Positions 10,478 to 17,974 of a stretch of DNA of 64,000 bases are shown in pieces (within the stretch, counting starts at the first letter, position 1; the number at the start of each line of letters is the position of its first letter). The translations under genes were made by a program, and so were the position numbers. Under the pieces are notes generated by a model. The model ran no database searches and was not told the origin of the DNA. It saw only the letters and a program-made list of their open reading frames with translations. Source of the DNA: an uncultured Gammaproteobacteria bacterium (GTDB lineage Bacteria > Pseudomonadota > Gammaproteobacteria > UBA9214); NCBI GenBank assembly GCA_963748215.1, contig CAVVHS010000005.1:40922-104921 (forward strand), written 5' to 3'.

Positions 10478-10891
10478 AAAACCTGTCCTCTGCCTGAAAA
10501 TCCGCCCATGCACCCGCACCTGAAAAATGCGGCTGCTGAAAGCCGGGCAATTCTACGCGAATTCCGGGAAATGTGAAGGGTTGCAGGCAATTAACCCGTG
10601 ACGGTTGCACGTCACCCGGGATCGATCTTCGTCACGTGACACGCCATGTCGGGACACGCTGCCATCGGCTGGACGATCGTCCAGGTTGTCGAGATTGGTT
10701 ACAGTCACTTCACGACGCCATCCCCTGCGGCGCGCAGCCGATTAGTTATTGTTTTCTCGATATTTCTCCCGCGACAGCGGCACGCGCCAAGGCGGCCGGT
10801 CTGTCGGCATTTCTTACGCAGTCGCGCCGGCGCCGGCGCCGCAATTCGGGGCAGCCATCTAACCCATTCTGCTAAATAGGGTTTTCAAGGC

Positions 10892-10907
10892 TGGCACGGC
10901 ATTTGCT
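10892..10907 (+). promoter_or_regulatory. Sigma-54 (-24/-12) promoter
   Basis: TGGCAC-GGCAT-TTGC-T matches the consensus TGGCAC-N5-TTGC(A/T) at every conserved position. It is intergenic and followed by a non-coding unit that ends in a terminator. Confidence 0.65.
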
Positions 10908-10917
10908 TATTTACCAA

Positions 10918-11104
10918 GGCGAGCAAAGAAGAAAAGAACAAGGGGGGGAGGTAGTTCCAACGACACAAGAACAGGAGCTCTCTGCACAACAATTACAAGA
11001 ACCGGCTTGCGCAGTGGTATCTGTACCAGCAGTACAAGAACAACAAATTCGATACCCTTATCGCGCAATGTTTGACGGTGGCCCAGGCCACCGTATTATT
11101 TTGT
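10918..11104 (+). ncRNA. Candidate sigma-54-dependent sRNA with multiple A-rich (AAnAAnAA / ARN) motifs
   Basis: A-rich motifs at 10924-10943 (caaagaagaaaagaacaagg), 10963-10975, 10985-11003 and 11033-11047, with the exact 8-mer ACAAGAAC at 10965, 10995 and 11034. The stem GGTATC (11016-11021) / GATACC (11051-11056) presents the last motif. Ends in an intrinsic terminator. The 5' end is inferred from promoter spacing only. Confidence 0.5.
11076..11104 (+). terminator. Rho-independent terminator of the candidate sRNA
   Basis: Stem cggtggc / gccaccg with loop ccag, followed by tattattttgt. Confidence 0.6.
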
Positions 11105-11120
11105 GCGCCTTCCAGTCTAG

Positions 11121-11248
11121 CTAGCCCGCATTTCTCACCGGGCGGCGGTTATCCGACTCAAATGAACTGAACTATGAAATTAATACTCATTCGGCAATAA
11201 ACAATGTGTCATTGGCCGCTGCCTATCCCGGTGAGACATGCGGGCTAG
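11121..11248. mobile_element. MITE-like ~130-bp element, copy 1 (CTAG-bounded, terminal inverted repeats)
   Basis: The terminal 22-mers ctagcccgcatttctcaccggg and cccggtgagacatgcgggctag are inverted repeats (21/22). The interior 11175-11221 matches the reverse complement of 35922-35968 at 39/47. The right-hand CTAG contains the ffh stop codon. Confidence 0.6.
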
Positions 11249-12597
11249 AACGGCAGGCCCATCGGCCCCTTGCCTTTCATGCCGCGCAGCATCTTGCCCA
11301 TCCCGCCTTTCGACATCTTCTTCATCATTTTCTGCATCTGCAGGTGCTGTTTCAGCAGGCGGTTCACGTCCTGCACCTGGGTGCCGGAACCCGCCGCGAT
11401 GCGACGCCGGCGCGAGCCGTTGATTACACCCGGGAAGCTGCGCTCGTGCGCTGTCATGGAATTGATGATCGCCTTCATGCGATGGACCTGTCCGTCATCG
11501 GCCATGGCGTTTTTCGGCAACTGGCCCATCCCGGGCAGCTTGTCCATCAGGCCGGCGAGCCCGCCCATGTTCAGCATCTGGTCGAGCTGGTCGCGGAAAT
11601 CGTTCAGATCGAAACCCTTGCCCTTGCTGATCTTCTTCGCCAGCTTGGCGACGGCCTCCTTGTCGACCTTCTGCTCGGCCTCCTCGACCAGGCTCAGCAC
11701 GTCGCCCATGCCGAGAATGCGCGAGGCCACGCGGTCGGGATAGAACGGCTCCAGCGCCGCCGTTTTCTCGCCCACGCCGATGAACTTGATCGGCTTGCCG
11801 GTGACCGAGCGAATCGACAGCGCGGCACCGCCACGGGCGTCGCCATCGGTCTTGGTGAGCACCACGCCGGTCAGCGGCAGGACCTCGTTGAAGGTGCGCG
11901 CGGTATTGGCGGCGTCCTGGCCGGTCATGCTGTCGACCACGAACAGTGTCTCCACCGGGTCGATCGCCGCGTGCACGCGGCGGATCTCTTCCATCATCTC
12001 GTCATCGATGTGCAGGCGGCCGGCGGTGTCGACGATCACCACGTCGATGTGCTGCTTGCGCGCATGCGCGACCGCATCGCGGGCGATGGTGACCGGGTCC
12101 TGGTCGGCACGACTCGGGAAGAACACCGCGCCCACCTCGTTCGCCAGCGTCTGCAGCTGGTCGATGGCCGCGGGCCGGTAGATATCGCAACTGGCCAGCA
12201 GTACCGTCTTCTTCTCGCGTGCCATCAGCCTGCGCGCCAGCTTGGCGCTGCTGGTGGTCTTGCCGGAACCCTGCAGGCCGGCCATCAGGATCACCGCGGG
12301 CGGCTGCACGTTCAGATGCAGCGCGTCGTTGGCATCGCCCATCACGTGCACCAGCTCGTCGCTGACCACCTTGACGAGGGTCTGGCCCGGGGTCAGGCTC
12401 TTGAGCACATCCTGGCCAAGGGCGCGCTCGCGCACCCGGTCGATGAACTCTTTCACCACCGGCAGGGCGACATCCGCTTCCAGCAGCGCCATGCGCACGT
12501 CGCGCAGCGCGTCCCGGATATTGTCCTCGCTCAGGCGCCCCTGCCCGCGCAGGTTGCGGATCGTTTTGGAGAGGCGTTCGGATAGATTGTCAAACAT
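11245..12597 (-). CDS. ffh: Signal recognition particle protein Ffh
   Basis: 450 aa. MFDNLSERLSKTIRNLRGQGRLSEDNI, GLQGSGKTT and a Met-rich C-terminal M domain. Confidence 0.97.
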   Translation of the reverse strand: MFDNLSERLSKTIRNLRGQGRLSEDNIRDALRDVRMALLEADVALPVVKEFIDRVRERALGQDVLKSLTPGQTLVKVVSDELVHVMGDANDALHLNVQPPAVILMAGLQGSGKTTSSAKLARRLMAREKKTVLLASCDIYRPAAIDQLQTLANEVGAVFFPSRADQDPVTIARDAVAHARKQHIDVVIVDTAGRLHIDDEMMEEIRRVHAAIDPVETLFVVDSMTGQDAANTARTFNEVLPLTGVVLTKTDGDARGGAALSIRSVTGKPIKFIGVGEKTAALEPFYPDRVASRILGMGDVLSLVEEAEQKVDKEAVAKLAKKISKGKGFDLNDFRDQLDQMLNMGGLAGLMDKLPGMGQLPKNAMADDGQVHRMKAIINSMTAHERSFPGVINGSRRRRIAAGSGTQVQDVNRLLKQHLQMQKMMKKMSKGGMGKMLRGMKGKGPMGLPF

Positions 12598-12703
12598 GGC
12601 GTCGTGTTCCGGTTCGTCCCGGGCCTGGCAGCAAGGACCGGATTATACCCGCTAATCACCTTACTGTGCGGGTAGCCGGCCGACTCTTCAATGCCCGCAG
12701 CAG

Positions 12704-13531
12704 TTGTGCGATGATGCCGCCATGGTTCCGATACTGCCCGGCTTGCTTTCCATAGTCCTGTACCTGGCTGCGAGTTCGCTGCTGGTGATGCGGCTGGCGG
12801 GCGGCGGCACCGTGTTCAACTGCCACCGCAAGCAGATCCTCACCGTCAGCGCGGGTGCGATCATTATTCACGCGGGCTTCCTGTATCCGCTCGTTTTGCA
12901 GACCGAAGGCCTGAACCTGGGCTTTTTCTACGCGGCCTCGCTGATCGCGCTCACCTCGGCCCTGCTACTGGTGCTGGCTAACCTGTTCCAGCCGGTAGAC
13001 AACCTGGGGATCGGCGTGTTTCCGCTCGCGGCACTGAGCATCGGCCTGCTGCTGGCCTTCCCGGCCGAGCACCTCATCACTGAATCCTCGTCCTGGCAAC
13101 TGGACAGCCATATCCTGCTTTCGCTGCTCGCCTACAGCATCCTGGGCCTCGCCGTCGTGCAGGCCATCCTACTGGCCATCCAGGACCGGCATCTGCACAA
13201 CCGCCAGCCGGGCGGCTTCATCCGCGCCCTGCCCCCGCTTGCCGTCATGGAGACGCTGCTGTTCCAGATGATCGCCGCCGGCTTTGTCCTGCTGACGCTG
13301 GCGCTGGTCACCGGCGCCCTGTTTCTCGAGGATATCTTCGCCCAGCACCTGGTGCACAAGACCGTTCTCTCGATCGTGGCCTGGCTCGTGTTCGCCATCC
13401 TGCTGTGGGGGCGCTGGCGCTTCGGCTGGCGCGGCCGTACCGCGCTGCGCTGGACGATCGGCGGCTTCATCTTTCTGATGCTCGCCTACCTGGGCAGCAA
13501 GTTCGTGCTGGAACTGGTGCTGGGGCGCTAG
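12704..13531 (+). CDS. Cytochrome c assembly family inner-membrane protein (YpjD/CcsA-like)
   Basis: Polytopic membrane protein divergent from ffh, as ypjD is in E. coli. The start is uncertain (12704 or 12722). Confidence 0.75.
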   Translation: MCDDAAMVPILPGLLSIVLYLAASSLLVMRLAGGGTVFNCHRKQILTVSAGAIIIHAGFLYPLVLQTEGLNLGFFYAASLIALTSALLLVLANLFQPVDNLGIGVFPLAALSIGLLLAFPAEHLITESSSWQLDSHILLSLLAYSILGLAVVQAILLAIQDRHLHNRQPGGFIRALPPLAVMETLLFQMIAAGFVLLTLALVTGALFLEDIFAQHLVHKTVLSIVAWLVFAILLWGRWRFGWRGRTALRWTIGGFIFLMLAYLGSKFVLELVLGR

Positions 13532-13664
13532 CCCGCGTTTCCCATCGCCCCAGGCATCGCCCATTGACACACTGTCTGGTGTCAAACCGGCATCATTTCC
13601 GTCATTTCCATCATTCCGGCTCGTGATATGGACAACCGCCGCCCGGCGAGAAGCGCGGGCTGAG
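13528..13664. mobile_element. MITE-like element, copy 3 (more diverged)
   Basis: Left end ctagcccgcgtttcccatcgcccc, interior gacacactgt core, right end aaccgccgcccggcgagaagcgcgggctgag (compare 35994-36023). The left CTAG contains the TAG stop of the upstream gene. Confidence 0.5.
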
Positions 13665-13728
13665 CCTGACACATCCCGCGGTTTTGCGTACACTTGGGCC
13701 TCGATAATCAACCAGAGGCTGTCCCCGT

Positions 13729-15024
13729 TTGGACGACACCCCACTAAGCGTGCTGTTTGCGGCGCTGTTCTTCCTGATACTGCTGTCCGCCTTTTTCTCC
13801 GGTTCCGAAACCGGCCTGATGACGCTGAACCGCTATCGCCTGCGCCACCTGGCCGATAAAAAACATCCCGGCGCCCTGCGCGCGCAGAAACTGCTGGAAC
13901 GCCAGGACCGCCTGATCGGGTTGATCCTGCTCGGCAACAACTTCGTCAACATCCTCGCCTCCATCCTGATGACGCTGATCGCACTGCGCATCAATGACGA
14001 TGCAGGCTTCATCTTCGCAGCCGGCATGGTGCTGACCATCGTCATCCTGCTGTTTGCCGAGGTCACGCCCAAGACACTGGCCGCGCTGCACCCGGAACGC
14101 ATCGCCTTCCCGGCGTCCTTCGTGTACGTACCGCTGCTGCGCCTGTTGTACCCGCTGGTGTGGGTCGTGAACATGATCGCCAACGGCCTGCTCAGGCTGC
14201 TGGGCGTGTCACCCGAAGGCGGCGCCTCGCAGGCACTGACCAAGGAGGAGTTGCGTACCGTGGTGCTGGAGGCCGGCGCGATGATTCCCGCGCGCCACCA
14301 ATCGATGCTGCTGAACCTGATGGACCTCGAACATGTGAGCGTCGAGGACATCATGGTACCGCGCAACGAGGTCACCGGCATCGACATCAACGACGACTGG
14401 GCCACCATCAGCAAGACGCTGACCGACAGCCAGTACACCCGCATGCCGCTGTACGATGAAAACATCGATCACGTCATCGGCATCCTGCACATGCGCGACG
14501 TGCTGCCGCACCTGTACCGCGGCGAACTCGATCACGCCGCGTTGAGGGACATCGCACGCGAACCCTATTTCATCCCCGAAACCACCTCGCTGAACCGGCA
14601 GCTGCTCAACTTCCAGCGCAAACGCCGGCGCATCGGCTTCGCCGTGGACGAGTACGGCGACATCCAGGGGCTGGTGACGCTGGAAGATATCCTCGAGGAG
14701 ATCGTCGGTGAATTCACCTCGGACCCGTCCGCCCAGTTCGAGGATATCCAGCCGCAGGAGGACGGCACCTGGCTGGTGGACGGCACGGTCAGCATTCGCA
14801 CCCTGAACGCCGCACTCGACATGGCGCTATCCACCGACGGACCGAAGACGCTCAACGGGCTCATTATCGAGGAACTCGAAATGATCCCCGAGACCAACAC
14901 CAGCCTGCTGCTCGATAACCACCCGGTCGACATCCTGCAGACCAAGGACAACCGGATCAAAACGGTACGCATCCACCCGGCGCTGAAGAAAGCGGAACCG
15001 GACGTGACGGAGCCCGGCACATGA
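13729..15024 (+). CDS. HlyC/CorC family transporter (CNNM/DUF21 + CBS pair + CorC_HlyC)
   Basis: 431 aa. N-terminal FFSGSETGLMTLNRYRL, a CBS region and a C-terminal transporter-associated domain. Syntenic with E. coli yfjD (corB) next to ypjD. Confidence 0.85.
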   Translation: MDDTPLSVLFAALFFLILLSAFFSGSETGLMTLNRYRLRHLADKKHPGALRAQKLLERQDRLIGLILLGNNFVNILASILMTLIALRINDDAGFIFAAGMVLTIVILLFAEVTPKTLAALHPERIAFPASFVYVPLLRLLYPLVWVVNMIANGLLRLLGVSPEGGASQALTKEELRTVVLEAGAMIPARHQSMLLNLMDLEHVSVEDIMVPRNEVTGIDINDDWATISKTLTDSQYTRMPLYDENIDHVIGILHMRDVLPHLYRGELDHAALRDIAREPYFIPETTSLNRQLLNFQRKRRRIGFAVDEYGDIQGLVTLEDILEEIVGEFTSDPSAQFEDIQPQEDGTWLVDGTVSIRTLNAALDMALSTDGPKTLNGLIIEELEMIPETNTSLLLDNHPVDILQTKDNRIKTVRIHPALKKAEPDVTEPGT

Positions 15025-15293
15025 AACTCCTGTTCAATCTCGAGGTCATTGAAGGTAACCGTGTCCGGGCGCGCCCCAGCGATTACCTCAACTCGCTGGA
15101 ACCGCAGGAACAGCTCGCCGCGGTCCGGGAATTCCTCGCCTGGGCCGAGCAGGAGGTGGCCGGCAACAGCGATCCGCAGGCACGCGCCGAGGCCGAAATC
15201 GGCATCGCCACGGCACGGCAGTTTCTCGACCGGCTGGAACAGACACAGGCACGGATCATCACCGATCCACGCGGGAGCCAGACGCATGACTGA
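15021..15293 (+). CDS. Hypothetical 90-aa protein, translationally coupled on both sides
   Basis: The ATG overlaps the upstream stop (ATGA), and its stop overlaps the msrB ATG (cATGACTGA). Helical, acidic, no recognisable motif. Confidence 0.5.
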   Translation: MKLLFNLEVIEGNRVRARPSDYLNSLEPQEQLAAVREFLAWAEQEVAGNSDPQARAEAEIGIATARQFLDRLEQTQARIITDPRGSQTHD

Positions 15294-15687
15294 CAAGATC
15301 AGCAAGACCGACGACGAGTGGCGCGCACAGTTGACCACGGAACAGTACCAGGTCACGCGCCGGCACGGCACGGAACGGCCGTTTACCGGCAAGTACCTCG
15401 ACTGCAAGGACGACGGCACCTATACCTGCGCCTGTTGCGGCGCGGAACTGTTCCGCTCGCAGGACAAGTTCGATTCCGGCAGCGGCTGGCCCAGCTTCGT
15501 GCGCGCCGGCAACAGTGAAAACATCCGCACGGTCACCGACTCCAGCCACGGCATGGTACGTACCGAAGTGACTTGCGCACGCTGCGATGCGCACCTCGGT
15601 CACGTGTTCGAGGATGGCCCGGCGCCGACCGGGCTGCGCTACTGCATCAACTCGCTGTCGCTCGGTTTCGACGACGACCCGTCCTGA
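15286..15687 (+). CDS. msrB: Peptide-methionine (R)-S-oxide reductase
   Basis: Start trimmed to [17 protein letters not shown]. Two CxxC pairs ([20 protein letters not shown]) and a catalytic RYCINS. Confidence 0.93.
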   Translation: MTDKISKTDDEWRAQLTTEQYQVTRRHGTERPFTGKYLDCKDDGTYTCACCGAELFRSQDKFDSGSGWPSFVRAGNSENIRTVTDSSHGMVRTEVTCARCDAHLGHVFEDGPAPTGLRYCINSLSLGFDDDPS

Positions 15688-15923
15688 CCCGTAGCGACGC
15701 GTCGCGTCGCGGGCCTCCAGCCGATTGATATCCATCAAGCCTGCCGCAATGAACGGATGCCGCCGACGGACAATGGGAGTATGGTGACTGTTGCAGGATC
15801 ATCGCCACCTGATGGTTGCGATCACTTACACACGCTGGACGGAATAACATGAACGCGTCTCATCTGTCTTCCCGAAGATCAGATCGAAGCGACGCTCGGC
15901 CAGCTCAGCCAGGAGACAACACC

Positions 15924-16523
15924 ATGCACAACATAACGATCAGACACTGCGCACTTTTCACGGCCGGCCTGTTGCTTGCGAGCACCGCCGGTGCATTCGA
16001 TATGGGCAATATGATGAATCCAACCAAGTGGATGGGCGGCGATAACGATGATGACCGCTATGATGACTACGGCGGCGGCTATCCGGGTGGTTATGGCGGC
16101 GGCTATCCGGGCGGTTACGGCGGCGGCTATCCGGGTGGTTATGGCGGCGGCTATCCGGGCGGTTACGGCGGCGATCCCGGTTATGGGTATGGCACCACCT
16201 ACGGCGCGCCCGGCTACGGCGGCATGCCCGGCTATGGCGGCGAGCCCGGTTATGGGTATGGCACCACCTACGGCGCACCCGGTTATGGCGGCGCGCCCGG
16301 TTACGGTGGCATGCCCGGTTACGGCGCCACGCCCGGTTACGGCGGCTCGCCCGGCGTTGGCGGCGTCTCCGGCTATACCGGCGCACCGCCCCCCAGCGCA
16401 ACGCAGCCGGATAGCGGCAGTGACGAGGAGATCAAGCAGCTGAAAGCGCGCATACGCAAGCTCGAGGAGGCCAACAAGCCGGGGCAGCCGGTCTGGGGTC
16501 AGGAGGGCTACGGATACCGCTGA
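15924..16523 (+). CDS. Secreted Gly/Tyr/Pro-rich repetitive protein, sulfur-globule-envelope-protein-like, with a C-terminal coiled-coil
   Basis: AGGAGA RBS. Signal peptide MHNITIRHCALFTAGLLLASTAGA. Four GGYPGGYG units and two DPGYGYGTTYGAPGYGG(M/A)PGYGG units. C-terminal SDEEIKQLKARIRKLEEANK. Confidence 0.7.
   Translation: MHNITIRHCALFTAGLLLASTAGAFDMGNMMNPTKWMGGDNDDDRYDDYGGGYPGGYGGGYPGGYGGGYPGGYGGGYPGGYGGDPGYGYGTTYGAPGYGGMPGYGGEPGYGYGTTYGAPGYGGAPGYGGMPGYGATPGYGGSPGVGGVSGYTGAPPPSATQPDSGSDEEIKQLKARIRKLEEANKPGQPVWGQEGYGYR
16071..16310 (+). repeat. In-frame tandem repeats inside the Gly/Tyr-rich gene
   Basis: Four copies of a 24-nt unit (16071-16166) followed by two copies of a 69-nt unit (16173-16310). 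Confidence 0.9.
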
Positions 16524-16725
16524 TCTGCCGTCCGGAGACAGCTGCTCCGGCGTTCCGCACTGACTGTTCCGGACTTATTCCCGGGTCAGGGTAAGTGTCC
16601 GGCCATCGTCAAGCGCCCCCTGCAGCGTGTTTTCGTCAACACGCTGCAGGGTGGCGATATTGTCCTTGCTATAGTCTGTACAGACCTGTGACCGTTCACA
16701 GTCGAAAGCGACTGGCTGCCGCATT

Positions 16726-17946
16726 ATGAAACGCAGGGAGTTCATCAACTTTTCGATGCTCGCGCCGCTGGCCGCGGCGTTTCCACCCGGCGTGTTCGCC
16801 ATGCCAGCCCCAAGCGCCCGCGCACAGACACAGATGCCAGATACCCTCACCCTGTTTCTCGCCGGGGATGTCATGACCGGGCGCGGCATCGACCAGATAC
16901 TGCCGCATCCGGGCGACCCGCACATCTTCGAATCCTGGAGCCGCTCGGCGCTGGATTATGTGCAACTCGCCGAGCTGGCCAACGGGCCGATCCCCCGGCC
17001 GGTGGACTTTGGTTATATCTGGGGCGATGCGCTGCCGGTGCTCGAACAGGCGGCACCCGACGTGCGCCTCATCAACCTGGAGACAGCGATCACGGCGCGC
17101 GGCAAGCCCTGGCCACGCAAGGGCATCCAGTATCGCATGCACCCGGACAACATCGCCTGCCTCAGCGTCGCCGCGATCGACTGCTGCGTGCTGGCCAACA
17201 ACCACGTGCTGGACTGGGACTACGCGGGACTCGGGGAGACACTAGCCAGCCTGGATCACGCCGGACTGACGGGCGTGGGCGCCGGTCGTGACGCGACAGC
17301 GGCACGGGCGCCCGCCGTCATCGCACTGCCGGGAGGTGGCCGGCTACTGGTATTCGCCTGGGGCCTGCCCAGCAGCGGCATCCCCGCGGCCTGGGCAGCC
17401 GCCGCGCACAAGGCGGGTGTCAAGCTGCTGCCCGACCTCTCGCAGCAGGCCATCGATCACGTTACCACTACCGTGGCGGCACATCGGCAACCCGGCGACG
17501 TGGTGGTCGTTTCCCTGCACTGGGGCGGTAACTGGGGCTATCAGGTGCCGGATGCACACCGCCGCTTTGCGCATGCCCTCATCGACCTTGCTGCAGCCGA
17601 CCTGATTCATGGCCATTCCTCGCATCATCCGCTGGGGGTCGAGCTTTACCGGGACAAGCTGATTCTCTACGGCTGCGGCGACCTGATCGATGACTATGAA
17701 GGCATCAGCGGTCACGAGCAGTACCGGATCGACCTTGCCCTGCTCTACCTGGTGACGCTGGAAACTGGCAGTGGCAGACTGCGCCAGCTGAAGATGGTGC
17801 CGATGCAACGCCGGCGCTTCCGCCTCAATCGTGCGGCCCATGCGGACAGCATCTGGCTGCAGGGCATGCTGGAACGGGAAAGCCGCGTGGCGGGCAGGCG
17901 GATCGAACTGTCGGATGACACCACGCTGCGACTGCAATGGAATTGA
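16726..17946 (+). CDS. CapA-family (PGA_cap) metallophosphatase-like protein with a twin-arginine signal
   Basis: MKRREFINFSMLAPLAAAFPPGVFA is a Tat-type signal. LAGDVMTGRGID, NLETAIT, ANNHVLDW and GAGRD motifs are typical of CapA/YwtB. Confidence 0.8.
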   Translation: MKRREFINFSMLAPLAAAFPPGVFAMPAPSARAQTQMPDTLTLFLAGDVMTGRGIDQILPHPGDPHIFESWSRSALDYVQLAELANGPIPRPVDFGYIWGDALPVLEQAAPDVRLINLETAITARGKPWPRKGIQYRMHPDNIACLSVAAIDCCVLANNHVLDWDYAGLGETLASLDHAGLTGVGAGRDATAARAPAVIALPGGGRLLVFAWGLPSSGIPAAWAAAAHKAGVKLLPDLSQQAIDHVTTTVAAHRQPGDVVVVSLHWGGNWGYQVPDAHRRFAHALIDLAAADLIHGHSSHHPLGVELYRDKLILYGCGDLIDDYEGISGHEQYRIDLALLYLVTLETGSGRLRQLKMVPMQRRRFRLNRAAHADSIWLQGMLERESRVAGRRIELSDDTTLRLQWN

Positions 17947-17974
17947 TGCGCGACGCGGGGTTGAGAAACGACGC

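Noticed and set aside
10903-11124. 73-aa ORF across the candidate sRNA
   Set aside because: It needs a TTG start inside the -12 promoter element. It is Q/E-rich only because of the AAG/AAC/CAA repeats, and it runs through the terminator hairpin.
11206-12585. 459-aa plus-strand ORF
   Set aside because: Antisense to ffh, with a low-complexity H/Q/A/R-rich translation. Same artefact type.
16071-16310. Non-coding VNTR or CRISPR-like tandem repeat
   Set aside because: The repeats are in frame (24 and 69 nt) within a gene that has an RBS and a signal peptide. They encode the GGYPGGYG / PGYGYGTTYGAPGYGG modules.
16575-16724. 49-aa ORF (MRQPVAFDCERSQV...) convergent with the Sgp-like gene
   Set aside because: Its start codon abuts the capA ATG on the other strand with no promoter space. 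There is no RBS or motif, and G+C at third positions is weaker than in neighbouring genes. It is not excluded, but it is unsupported.
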